From Bernardetia sp. (lineage in GTDB: Bacteria; Bacteroidota; Bacteroidia; Cytophagales; Bernardetiaceae), in contig NZ_JAHDIG010000005.1 of the NCBI RefSeq assembly GCF_020630935.1, positions 1 through 64,000 of the forward strand: a DNA stretch of 64,000 nucleotides, written 5' to 3'. Within the stretch, counting starts at the first letter, position 1. Each line of letters starts with the position of its first letter. A model generated the notes under the pieces. The model saw only the letters and a list, made by a program, of their open reading frames with translations. It had not been told where the DNA came from and did not search any database. Positions 9,914 to 19,421 of the stretch are shown here, piece after piece. A program made the translations under genes and the position numbers.

Positions 9914-11425
9914 TTACAACGGCAACTCTACAAAAAACGTAGTTCCTTCATTTTCTTTGGTTTCAAACCAAATTTTACCATTGTGCTTTTCTACAATTTT
10001 TTTTGTAATATCTAAACCCAAACCACTTCCCTCTCCTTCTTTTTTTGTTGTAAAGAAAGCATCAAAAATTTTGCCTTGTACATTTTTTGGAATGCCTGTT
10101 CCTGTATCTTCTACGGAAACAAGTGCTTTTTTGTTATCGGTTTTTCCAGTTTGTTTAACAGAGATAGTTATCTGACCTTTCTTTTTTATTGCTTGCATAG
10201 CATTGTGTATGAGGTTTGTCCAAACCTGTACGAGTTCGTCTGGATACCCCATAAATATCGGAATAGCTTCCATGTTGAGGTGTAGGTCTATTCTATTTCG
10301 AAGCTGATTTTCATAGAGTATTAGTGTATCTTCTATACTTCGCTTTATATTGACAGACTGCTTTTCTCCTAATTGGTCTTGACGAGAAAAATTTTTGAGT
10401 GCAAAGATTATTTTTGATGCCTTATCAGTAGCTAGGCGTATCATTTTACTGCTTTTGGCAATACTAGCAAGCTGAAAAGCTACTTTGAAGGTATAAGAAG
10501 GGTCTTTTATTTCAAGCAATGGAAGATAAATTTCTGGACTTGAGTGTAAGCCTAACTCAACTATCAAATTAGCAATTGTTTCTGCATTATCTATGTCTCT
10601 TTCCTCTAAGTCTTCTATCAGTGCATACTTTGCATTTCGTGTTTCTCTTGAAGACAAGCTAACCTTTGATGCTACTGAATATTCTATTAATCTGTTGAAA
10701 ACAGCAGAATCTTCTTTAGATAATCCGTATAAGAAGCTAGAAAGACGAGGAAGAAGTTCGTCCATCGCAACAATAGAGCTATCAGCCGAAGAACGAATTG
10801 CGCCTAGTGGAGTATTTATCTCATGTGCGATATTGGCTGTTAGTTGTCCTAAAGTTGCCAGTTTTTCTTTTTCGATAAGTTGGTTTTGAGCTTCTTGCAC
10901 CTTACGCATTTGCTCTTGTAAGTCTTTGAATTTCAAACGCAACTCTAATTGTGTTACTACCTGATTGCCAAGAGTTTTTAGGGCAAATTTCTGAGCTTCT
11001 GTAAGTTTTTTAGGTGTGTTATCTATAACACAAAGTGTTCCTAACTTCAATCCGTTAGGGTTTTTGAGAGGCATCCCTGCGTAAAAGCGAATTTGTAATC
11101 CATCTTCATCAGCCACTAAGGGATTATCATGAAAACGTTCATCCTCCAAAGCATTTTCCACTTCAAAGACATCATCTTGTAAAATGGCATGAGCGCAGAA
11201 AGCTAAATCTCTATGAGTTTCATCAGCATCCAAACCCACCTTTGCTTTGAACCATTGACGTTCGGAATCTATGAGAGAAACTAAAGAAATTTCAGCTTCA
11301 CAGATTTGAGAAGCAAGTTGTACCAAATCATCAAACTCCTTTTCAGCATCCGTATCTAATACTTCATAGCTTAGAAGAGCTTGCAAGCGCTCACTTTCAT
11401 CATGAGGTAAAGGTGCAGAAATCAT
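9914..11425 (-). CDS. Sensor histidine kinase with an N-terminal GAF domain
   Basis: GAF-like N-terminus. H-box HEINTPLGAI, then N/G1/G2 boxes (...NLIHNA..., DTGTGIP, GSGLGLDITKKIV). Confidence 0.9.
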   Translation of the reverse strand: MISAPLPHDESERLQALLSYEVLDTDAEKEFDDLVQLASQICEAEISLVSLIDSERQWFKAKVGLDADETHRDLAFCAHAILQDDVFEVENALEDERFHDNPLVADEDGLQIRFYAGMPLKNPNGLKLGTLCVIDNTPKKLTEAQKFALKTLGNQVVTQLELRLKFKDLQEQMRKVQEAQNQLIEKEKLATLGQLTANIAHEINTPLGAIRSSADSSIVAMDELLPRLSSFLYGLSKEDSAVFNRLIEYSVASKVSLSSRETRNAKYALIEDLEERDIDNAETIANLIVELGLHSSPEIYLPLLEIKDPSYTFKVAFQLASIAKSSKMIRLATDKASKIIFALKNFSRQDQLGEKQSVNIKRSIEDTLILYENQLRNRIDLHLNMEAIPIFMGYPDELVQVWTNLIHNAMQAIKKKGQITISVKQTGKTDNKKALVSVEDTGTGIPKNVQGKIFDAFFTTKKEGEGSGLGLDITKKIVEKHNGKIWFETKENEGTTFFVELPL

Positions 11426-11541
11426 AAGCTAGTTTAAAAAATTATATAATAAGTAAGTATATATACTAAATAATAGATGTGTTCAACTATAAAATGGATG
11501 GATTTGTTTTTTTTTATTATTGTAATGTAATATTTTAAAAA

Positions 11542-12183
11542 TTAAGACTCATCTGAAAGGTCTTCTTCTTCACTAAAAACATTACTATCTTCAGCTTCAC
11601 TATCTTCTTCATCATTGAGTGCATCTGCTAAAATTGTACCAGCTACTCCTACTGCAACAGCTTCCTCTACTCCTATTTCATTGTCATCATATTCGGTATC
11701 ATCGTAGTCTTCGTCATCTTCATAATCGTCATCTTCATAATCGTCATCAAAAAAATCATCATCAGTATCGTAATACTCTCCTCCAGCTGATTTCGAACGC
11801 TTATACATTCTCCTCACTCTCTCAATATCCGCCTTTACTTTCAGAGAATCAGCAACGCCTAATTGTAAGTCTATTTCTATTTGTTCGATAAAATCCATTT
11901 CCTCTTCTGTAACAATGTTGTCTTCCATTACTCTATCAATGAGGTTTTGCAAGACTTGTATTTTGATACTATTTAATTCGGAATCTGACATGCCCAACCT
12001 AGATTGTAATGCTCTCACATCTGACATCTCTTCTGTGGTAATTACTCCATCGTCGCAGGCTTCCAAAATAGCTACAAAAAGCTGTTGTCGGGCTTGTGTA
12101 GCCCTAGCAGAATCTGGAGTAGGGGCAGCCGAACCACTAAAAAGTTGCTGAAATTTGTTAATAAGGTCTTTGAGTATGCTCAT
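11542..12183 (-). CDS. Hypothetical protein with a helical N-domain and an extremely acidic D/E/Y-rich C-terminal tail
   Basis: The tail reads YDTDDDFFDDDYEDDDYEDDEDYDDTEYDDNE...EEEDLSDES. Possibly TerB-like, but I cannot assign a family with confidence. Confidence 0.45.
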   Translation of the reverse strand: MSILKDLINKFQQLFSGSAAPTPDSARATQARQQLFVAILEACDDGVITTEEMSDVRALQSRLGMSDSELNSIKIQVLQNLIDRVMEDNIVTEEEMDFIEQIEIDLQLGVADSLKVKADIERVRRMYKRSKSAGGEYYDTDDDFFDDDYEDDDYEDDEDYDDTEYDDNEIGVEEAVAVGVAGTILADALNDEEDSEAEDSNVFSEEEDLSDES

Positions 12184-12304
12184 AATGGAAAGTATTTTTA
12201 TAGAGAAATAGAAATTTCAATACAGATAAGTTGTTATCCTATCACAAAGTAGCATTTTTTTTTAACATTTCTAGTATTTAGAAATTTTTATTGGACACTA
12301 CTTT

Positions 12305-12856
12305 TTATAAAAAGAATTTTTCTGCTAATTTAATATTGATAAGTTCTATACTTTCCAAAATTGTAAACTGACTACTATCAATAATCAAATCTACAGTATT
12401 AGACATTGGTTTTTCAAAAGGACTACTGATACCTGTAAACTCTTTTATTTCCCCTGCTCTAGCTTTTTTGTACAAACCTTTTACATCTCTTTGTTCGCAA
12501 ATTTCTAAAGGACAATCGACAAATATTTTGAATAAATTTTGATGCTGATTGTCTCTTTCAAAAATATCAGTTACTAAATTTTGATGCTGATGTGTGGGCG
12601 TGATAAAAGAGGATAGAACGACAAAACCACTTTCATAAAAAAGTTTTGCTACTTCTGCCGAACGGCGAATATTCTCTGTTCGGCCTTCTAAAGAAAACCC
12701 AAGATTATTATTTAAGCCATTTCGAAGCAAATCTCCATCTAATTTTTTTAGTAGGGAAGATGGAGATTTTTGTTTTAAATCCTCAAAAAGAGCATTAGCA
12801 AGAGTGGTTTTTCCAGACCCAGAAAGACCTAAAAACCAAATAACACAGGGATTCAT
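12305..12856 (-). CDS. cysC: Adenylyl-sulfate (APS) kinase
   Basis: P-loop VIWFLGLSGSGKTTLANAL. Probable start at MNPCVIWF (12856). The listed ORF runs to 12910 through the upstream terminator. Confidence 0.85.
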   Translation of the reverse strand: MNPCVIWFLGLSGSGKTTLANALFEDLKQKSPSSLLKKLDGDLLRNGLNNNLGFSLEGRTENIRRSAEVAKLFYESGFVVLSSFITPTHQHQNLVTDIFERDNQHQNLFKIFVDCPLEICEQRDVKGLYKKARAGEIKEFTGISSPFEKPMSNTVDLIIDSSQFTILESIELINIKLAEKFFL

Positions 12857-12910
12857 AAAATATAAGTCTGTTTGATAAAGAATGAAATATTTTTTGAGTA
12901 TAGTATTCAT

Positions 12911-12946
12911 AAAAAAACGCCTTAATTTATATAAAAAAGGCGTTTC
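12911..12946 (-). terminator. Rho-independent terminator downstream of ftsZ (stem AAACGCCTT/AAGGCGTTT plus a U-tract on the minus strand)
   Basis: Perfect 9-bp stem. The A7 run at 12911-17 is a T-run on the minus strand. Confidence 0.6.
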
Positions 12947-12968
12947 ATTCTTTATTAATTTTTGAAAT

Positions 12969-14573
12969 TTAATCTACATTGTCGTGTAAGAAACGATTTC
13001 CTCCTAAAAGCTCATTGTCATCATCTACTTTATAACGAGAAGTAGAAGATTCTGATGAGTGAGGCATTTCTTTTAGCTTTACATTTCTACGAAGATAAGC
13101 AGGAACATCTCTACGCTCTTGCAGTTCTTCATCACTCAAATCTGACAAACTTTGCATAGAAACAGGTCGTTGTGATTCTGTTTTTTTCTCTATTACTTGA
13201 TTTTGTATAGATACATTCTCAACTTCTCTAGTTCTATTTTCTTGACTACGAGTGTTTTGTGAATGCTGATTTATGTAACCATATCCACCAACAGCTGGCG
13301 TATTTTGTGGAGCTTGATTAGTTATTTTTTTTTTTGAGTCGTCTTCATTAAAATAATCATCCTCCAAACTGAAAATTATTTTATCAGTTTTTTTAGGCTC
13401 TGTATAAGAAGGTTCTTCTTTTACAGGCTCTTGCTTTTCTATTTGAGGTGTTACGTTATTATTCGAAGTGTTTTCTTGACTTGATGAACTTTCAAAGAAA
13501 TCTTTTTTTTCGTAATCTTTTACTTCGATTCTATTTTTGATTCTTTTATTGCTCGTTAGGTCATACACTTTGCGTTCTGGTCTTTCTGGTGGCAAATCTT
13601 CTGAATGCTCAAAACCAGTAGCAATAATAGTTACACTGATACTGTCTCCAAGCGTTTCGTCAGTAGCTTGTCCGAAGATAATTTCAGCCTCATCGCCTGC
13701 TTGCTCTTGTACGTAATCTGTAACTTCTTCAAGCTCATCCATTTGGAACTCTTCTTCATTACCAATAACAATAGAAAGCAAGATATATTTTGCTCCAAAA
13801 ATATTAGTATTGTTGAGAAGAGGTGAAGAAATAGCTCCTTCAGCAGCACGTCTGGCTCTGTTTTCGCCTTCAGCTGTAGATGAACCCATTACAGCAGCAC
13901 CTGCGCCCTGCATAACTGTACGAACATCTTCAAAATCGACGTTGATAGTTCCAGAAACAGTAATAATTTCAGCAATAGATTTTGCCCCTTTCAAAAGGAC
14001 GTTATCTGCTTGACGAAAGGCTTCACGCATAGAGGCTTTTCCATACACATCTCTCAAACGGTCGTTTAAGATGACCAATACTGTATCACAATGCTCACGA
14101 AGAGCATTTACACCTTCTTGCGCTCGTACTCGTTTTGGTCTGCCTTCAAAACTAAACGGAGCAGTTACAATTCCTACTGTCAAGATGCCTAATTCTTGTG
14201 CAATTTCAGCAATGACTGGAGCAGCACCTGTACCTGTTCCACCACCCATTCCAGCAGTGATGAAAAGCATTTTGGTATTGTTTCCTAATATTTTCTTTAA
14301 ATCGTCTTTACTCTCAATAGCAGCACTTCTTCCACGTTCAGGATTTGCTCCTGCGCCTAAGCCTTGTGTGAGTGTTTTTCCTATCTGAACTTTATTTGGA
14401 ACAGGACTTAAATCAAGGGCTTGAATATCAGTATTACAGATATAAAAATCCACCCCTTTTATTCCGTGCAAATACATATGTGCAACAGCGTTGCCACCAC
14501 CTCCACCAACACCAATTACTTTGATAATTGAAGGTTCTGTTCCGAAATTATAATTTGTAACGTCTGACATCAT
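12969..14573 (-). CDS. ftsZ: Cell division GTPase FtsZ with a long low-complexity C-terminal linker
   Basis: GVGGGGGNAV and GMGGGTGTGAAPVIAEIA tubulin/FtsZ signatures. 534 aa with an extended disordered tail. Confidence 0.95.
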   Translation of the reverse strand: MMSDVTNYNFGTEPSIIKVIGVGGGGGNAVAHMYLHGIKGVDFYICNTDIQALDLSPVPNKVQIGKTLTQGLGAGANPERGRSAAIESKDDLKKILGNNTKMLFITAGMGGGTGTGAAPVIAEIAQELGILTVGIVTAPFSFEGRPKRVRAQEGVNALREHCDTVLVILNDRLRDVYGKASMREAFRQADNVLLKGAKSIAEIITVSGTINVDFEDVRTVMQGAGAAVMGSSTAEGENRARRAAEGAISSPLLNNTNIFGAKYILLSIVIGNEEEFQMDELEEVTDYVQEQAGDEAEIIFGQATDETLGDSISVTIIATGFEHSEDLPPERPERKVYDLTSNKRIKNRIEVKDYEKKDFFESSSSQENTSNNNVTPQIEKQEPVKEEPSYTEPKKTDKIIFSLEDDYFNEDDSKKKITNQAPQNTPAVGGYGYINQHSQNTRSQENRTREVENVSIQNQVIEKKTESQRPVSMQSLSDLSDEELQERRDVPAYLRRNVKLKEMPHSSESSTSRYKVDDDNELLGGNRFLHDNVD

Positions 14574-14964
14574 TGAATGCTTATTTCAAGGTTTTGGGCT
14601 TGTTTGTATATTTTATTTTCATTCATACTAATTTTACGTCAAAAAATGTGTACTTACTTTAAATACGGTATAAAAAATTAATCTGAATGAACTTTTAATT
14701 ATAGCTATATTTTTAGTACCAAACTACTAAGTTCTATTTTAGTTTATTATTTTGTTATTATCTCAACCACTTTCAAACCTTTGGTTTACTTCAATGGGCT
14801 TTACTTTGTTTAGTTAGAAAGCTATTTAATCACAAAGAAACAAAAATAGTTTGATTAAGCTACGATAAGTTAAGCTAAATTATTTCAAATATGCAAAAAA
14901 AAAATAAAAAATCTAAGTTTTTTTGTGTTTAATTTTGAAATGTCAGTTTTTTATAAAAATCCAT

Positions 14965-15004
14965 CAAAAAATCCATTCCTCTAACTGATTAGAAGAATGG
15001 ATTT
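14965..15004 (-). terminator. Rho-independent terminator downstream of gltA (stem AAATCCATTC/GAATGGATTT)
   Basis: 10-bp stem. The A6 run on + gives a U-tract on the minus strand. Confidence 0.55.
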
Positions 15005-15032
15005 AATATAGCTATTATTCAACATTTACAGA

Positions 15033-16364
15033 TTAGTTGAAATCTTCTTGAATAACGTCTGCGTGATCTACTTTCTTACGCTCCGACATAGGAACAAATG
15101 CTCTTTCGTTTTCTCCAGTATAAATCTGACGAGGACGACCGATAGGGTGTTTTTGTTCCAACATTTCTTTCCACTGTGCAATCCAACCTGGCAAACGTCC
15201 CATTGCAAACATTACTGTAAACATATCTGTTGGCAAGTTCATTGCACGGTAGATAATTCCAGAATAGAAATCTACGTTAGGGTAAAGTTTTCTTTCGATA
15301 AAGAACTCATCTTCTAAAGCTACTTGTTCAAGCTGTTTAGCAATACCTAATAATGGGTCTTCGATACCTAGTTTGCCTAAAACTTCATCACACGCCTTCT
15401 TCAAAATCTTCGCTCTTGGGTCGAAATTTTTATAAACACGGTGTCCGAATCCCATTAAGCGCATCTCACGATTTTTTACCTTTTTGATAAAGTCTTCTAA
15501 TGCCATTCCACTCTCATGGATTTCTTCTAACATCTCAATTACTTGCTGATTTGCACCACCATGAAGAGGACCGCTCAAGGCATTCGTAGCAGAAGCAATA
15601 GAAGCATAAATATTAGCCAATGAAGAACCAACAATACGAACTGTTGAAGTAGAACAGTTTTGTTCGTGGTCTGCATGAAGAATCAAAATTTTGTTTAAAG
15701 CACTTACCATTACAGGGTCAACTTCATATTGCTCTGTTGGTAAAGAGAACATCATTTTGAGGAAACGTGCGCCATAGTTAAGGCTGTTGTCAGGGTAATT
15801 TACTGGATGACCCATTTCATTTTTATATGACCAAGCTGCTATTGTAGGAACTTTTGCAATAAGACGGACAATAGACATATATACTTCTTCTGGAGAACGG
15901 TTTTGCTCCATAGATTCAGGATAAAATGTGCTGAGTACCGAAATCAAAGAAGAAAGTACAACCATAGGATGAGAAGCTGTAGGGAAGCCATCAAATAGCT
16001 TACGCATGTCTTCGTGAATGAGTGTATGGTTGGTAATATCGTTTTGGAATTTAGTGAGAGAGGCTTGGTCTGGAAGCTCTCCAAAGATAATAAGATAAGC
16101 CACCTCTAAGAAAGATGCTTTTTCAGCAAGCTCTTCTATGTTGTAGCCACGATAACGCAAAATTCCTTTTTCACCATTCAAAAATGTGATGGCGCTTTCT
16201 GTCGAACCCGTATTTTTAAAGCCGGGGTCAAGAGTAATAAGTCCTGTTGTGGCACGTAATGAGCCAATGTCGATGCCTACTTCTCCTTCTGTTCCTTCTA
16301 CAAGTGGTAATTCATAGCTTTTGCCTTCATAAGTGATAGTGGCAGTCTTTCCATTTTGTGACAT
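15033..16364 (-). CDS. gltA: Citrate synthase
   Basis: GFGHRVYKNFDPRA and other citrate synthase signatures. Probable start at MSQNGKTATITYEGKSYELP (16364); the listed ORF runs to 16436. Confidence 0.95.
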   Translation of the reverse strand: MSQNGKTATITYEGKSYELPLVEGTEGEVGIDIGSLRATTGLITLDPGFKNTGSTESAITFLNGEKGILRYRGYNIEELAEKASFLEVAYLIIFGELPDQASLTKFQNDITNHTLIHEDMRKLFDGFPTASHPMVVLSSLISVLSTFYPESMEQNRSPEEVYMSIVRLIAKVPTIAAWSYKNEMGHPVNYPDNSLNYGARFLKMMFSLPTEQYEVDPVMVSALNKILILHADHEQNCSTSTVRIVGSSLANIYASIASATNALSGPLHGGANQQVIEMLEEIHESGMALEDFIKKVKNREMRLMGFGHRVYKNFDPRAKILKKACDEVLGKLGIEDPLLGIAKQLEQVALEDEFFIERKLYPNVDFYSGIIYRAMNLPTDMFTVMFAMGRLPGWIAQWKEMLEQKHPIGRPRQIYTGENERAFVPMSERKKVDHADVIQEDFN

Positions 16365-16730
16365 ACGTATATTAGGGTTTGTACTGAAAGTTGTGTTCTG
16401 TAAAAATATTTCTTTATTTGATAAAGTATAAAGCAAAAAGAGTCTTAAAAGTTAGGATACAAATGACTTTAATTTTGCAGTTCTGTCAATAAGTCCACAA
16501 TTTAACCAAAAAAAAAGCATAAAAACAAGTTTGTTTCCCTTTGCTTCTAATAATTTGAAAGAATTAAATCAGAAAAGAAAATACTATTGAGAAATAAATA
16601 TACAATGAAATGAAACACATTTCTAGTCTTTTGATGTAAAAATTATAATAATAAATGTTATCAAGGTTAAATTTAGTAAAGTTTCTTTCTTCATAGTAAG
16701 CCAAAAGCCATGGAGAAATAGATACGATTT

Positions 16731-16863
16731 TAGAGTACTGGACATGAACAGATATTTGCTGTTCTGTGAGCCACAGAACAGGGAAAAAATATCGTTCGTT
16801 GGTGTTTTAGCGTAGCGACACCAACAACTTTTTATCTCATATCCAGTACTCTAATACGATTTG
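16731..16863. mobile_element. MITE-like miniature element (~133 bp) with perfect 12-bp terminal inverted repeats TAGAGTACTGGA / TCCAGTACTCTA and a flanking 9-bp direct repeat ATACGATTT
   Basis: The terminal inverted repeats and flanking duplication are read directly. Internal palindromes CTGTTCTGTG/CACAGAACAG and GTTGGTGT/ACACCAAC. Confidence 0.55.
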
Positions 16864-16925
16864 ATTTTTAATAAATTACTGACAATCATATCTGTAAAAA
16901 CGTGATAACCATTATAGAGTGCTAG

Positions 16926-17047
16926 ACATTAATAAATATTTGCTGCTCTGTGAGTCACAGAACAGGGGAAAAATACGGTTAGTTGGTGTTTTAGTATAGC
17001 GACACCAACCACTTTTTATCTTGTATCCAGTACTCTAAATCTTATTA
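16926..17047. mobile_element. Second, more diverged copy of the same MITE-like element (no clear target-site duplication)
   Basis: About 80% identical to 16731-16863, in the same orientation and 62 bp downstream. Right terminal inverted repeat TCCAGTACTCTA intact, left one degenerate (TAGAGTGCTAGA). Confidence 0.5.
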
Positions 17048-17171
17048 TACCTTACTAAAAATCTAAATTATATTTAGAAAAAAGTCGTAATAATACAGCG
17101 TCTTTTTTTGGATTTGAGTTTCAAAACCACTACTTTTGCATTCTATTTGTAATTTAAACCATGTATATCTC

Positions 17172-17483
17172 ATGTACGCAATCGTAGAAATAGCCGGACA
17201 ACAGTTCAAGGTAGAAAAAGACCGTTATATCTATACACACCGTCTTCAAGGAAATGAAGGTGATGAAGTAACTTTTGATAAAGTTCTTTTGGTAGATAAC
17301 GACGGCACTGTTAGTATTGGCGAGCCTCAAGTTGCTGGGGCTTCAGTGAGTGGCGAAGTGCTTGCTCAAGTAAAAGGCGACAAAGTAATCGTTTTCAAGA
17401 AAAAACGTCGTAAAGGCTACAAAAAGAAAAACGGACACCGTCAGCAATTCACTAAAGTCTTGATTAAAGACATTCTAATTTAG
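17172..17483 (+). CDS. rplU: 50S ribosomal protein L21
   Basis: MYAIVEIAGQQFKVEKD... is the canonical L21 N-terminus. Confidence 0.9.
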   Translation: MYAIVEIAGQQFKVEKDRYIYTHRLQGNEGDEVTFDKVLLVDNDGTVSIGEPQVAGASVSGEVLAQVKGDKVIVFKKKRRKGYKKKNGHRQQFTKVLIKDILI

Positions 17484-17575
17484 TTTTAATTTATTACTCA
17501 CTCTTTTTTATTTCTTCTAAATAGCTTTTTAGAATAGGTTTTTTAAGAAGAATAAAACTTTAAAACAATACAGAT

Positions 17576-17842
17576 ATGGCTCACAAGAAAGGTGTCGGTA
17601 GTTCGAAAAACGGACGTGATTCGGAAAGTAAACGTCTTGGTGTTAAGATTTGGGGTGGACAAGTTGCCAAACCAGGTAGTATCATCATTCGTCAGCGTGG
17701 AACAAAATTTCACCCAGGTGATAATGTAGGAATTGGTAAAGACCATACTATATTTTCTCTTATTGATGGCGAAGTACAGTTCAACAAAGGATATAAAAAA
17801 CGTTCTTTCGTTTCAGTAGTTCCTAAGACTGCCGAGGCATAA
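17576..17842 (+). CDS. rpmA: 50S ribosomal protein L27
   Basis: [24 protein letters not shown] signature. Confidence 0.95.
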   Translation: MAHKKGVGSSKNGRDSESKRLGVKIWGGQVAKPGSIIIRQRGTKFHPGDNVGIGKDHTIFSLIDGEVQFNKGYKKRSFVSVVPKTAEA

Positions 17843-17884
17843 GCAATAAATAGTCAAATTATTAATTCTGACTTACTTATAGAA

Positions 17885-17920
17885 AACCTATACTAGAAAA
17901 TGGTATAGGTTTTTTTGTTT
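17885..17920 (+). terminator. Rho-independent terminator after rpmA (stem AACCTATAC/GTATAGGTT plus T7)
   Basis: Perfect 9-bp stem followed by TTTTTTTGTTTTTG. Confidence 0.6.
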
Positions 17921-17998
17921 TTGTAACTTTATAAAAAATATGTAACTCGCTCTAAAGAGTGAGAAAGTCTAATTTAATTTTTTCCTGTTTATTTACTT

Positions 17999-18775
17999 AT
18001 GCGTTATTCTATTCTACTCATTTTCTGCGTTTTTATTTTTTCTAACTGTACTAACCAAAGTTCTAAAAATTTACAAGCCAGTGAAGAAATAGAAAAAACA
18101 GTTCAAGATTCTATCAAAAAAATAGAAGAAGAAAAATTAAAGTTTATAGAAGATTCACTAGAAAAAGTAGAGTTACAAGCAAAAAAAGAAGATGAAAAGA
18201 AAGTTTATTTTGAAAGTTTGGAAGATTCAGCGATGGTAGAACTGATAAAATATGATTCTAGCTTGGTATTGGATATTCGTTATGCTACTGAAAATAATTT
18301 TATGAAACAGAAAGTGTACCCTTGTGCAAAAGCTCTTTTGAGGAAAGTAGCTGCAGAGGCTCTTTTTGAAGCAAACGAAAAGTTTAAAGAAAAAGGATAC
18401 AGAATAAAAGTTTATGACGGATATCGTCCTTTGTCTGTGCAATGGATTTTATGGAATACAACAACCAATAAAAATTATGTTGCCAACCCAAGACGAGGGT
18501 CAAATCATAATAAAGGCTGTGCTGTGGATATGACTTTGGTAGATGAAAATGGTAAGGAATTAAATATGGGGACAGAGTACGATTTTTTTGGAAAAGAAGC
18601 ACATCATACATTCACTAATTTTCCAACAAAAACTAAAGATGAAATTTTGAAGAATCGCAAACTTTTGAAAAACATAATGGCAAGCGTTGGCTTTTCTTCT
18701 ATTTCGAATGAATGGTGGCACTACAATTTCAAAATCAAATATCCAGTTTCGGATACACCACTTCCTTGTGATTAG
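17999..18775 (+). CDS. D-alanyl-D-alanine dipeptidase (peptidase M15D, VanX/DdpX-like), secreted
   Basis: Signal peptide. Zn-binding SNHNKGCAVDMTL...EWWHYNF motifs of the VanX family. Confidence 0.8.
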   Translation: MRYSILLIFCVFIFSNCTNQSSKNLQASEEIEKTVQDSIKKIEEEKLKFIEDSLEKVELQAKKEDEKKVYFESLEDSAMVELIKYDSSLVLDIRYATENNFMKQKVYPCAKALLRKVAAEALFEANEKFKEKGYRIKVYDGYRPLSVQWILWNTTTNKNYVANPRRGSNHNKGCAVDMTLVDENGKELNMGTEYDFFGKEAHHTFTNFPTKTKDEILKNRKLLKNIMASVGFSSISNEWWHYNFKIKYPVSDTPLPCD

Positions 18776-19113
18776 CAATCAGAATAATCTATGTGAGGAA
18801 GTTTGTTCTCTTCTGCTGTACAGATGACCAATGTTTTGTCCTCTTCTATTTTTTGTTTGAAGCTACACTGACAAGCCAAACGTTCATTTTCTGATAGTTT
18901 TCCTTGTTCTGAAAAGCTCTTTTCTACACTGCCTTTAGGAGTTAGGTTTTCGATTCCTTCCCTAACAATCATCTTACAAGTAGTACATTTTCCTTTGCCT
19001 CCACAAGAGTGTAACCAGTCTATTGGCTCATTTAAAATATTTTGTAATAAATTTTTTTTTGTGTCTGCCGAAAATTCTACGGCGTTCATGTTCTGAATTA
19101 TGATTTTTGGCAT
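18772..19113 (-). CDS. 2Fe-2S ferredoxin-domain protein
   Basis: CGGKGKCTTCK ... LACQC cysteine pattern of plant-type [2Fe-2S] ferredoxins. Confidence 0.6.
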   Translation of the reverse strand: MPKIIIQNMNAVEFSADTKKNLLQNILNEPIDWLHSCGGKGKCTTCKMIVREGIENLTPKGSVEKSFSEQGKLSENERLACQCSFKQKIEEDKTLVICTAEENKLPHIDYSDC

Positions 19114-19421
19114 TGTTGGCAGTGTTTTGGAAAATGAAGTAATAAATTAAGAAAATGAAAATAATTCAATTTTACTATAAAATATTCTTGATTGGAATAG
19201 TGTAGAATATTGAAAGCAAAATAGAGTTAAAATTGTTTTTGTATTTTTAAGCCAACTTTTAAGATTTTATGGAGAAACATAGATTTCGGTAAAAAAACTT
19301 TTCATAAAAAGTTGGTATTGAAACAAGGTAGTATTTATCATTATTTACGAACTTGCAATTTCAATGAATAAGAACTCATAACATCAAAATATAGTATCCA
19401 AACCCAATTACTAATACAATT

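Noticed and set aside
12856-12910. N-terminal extension of cysC to the ATG at 12910
   Set aside because: The extension runs through the ftsZ terminator hairpin and adds a non-conserved leader before the P-loop. The internal Met at 12856 gives a canonical APS kinase N-terminus.
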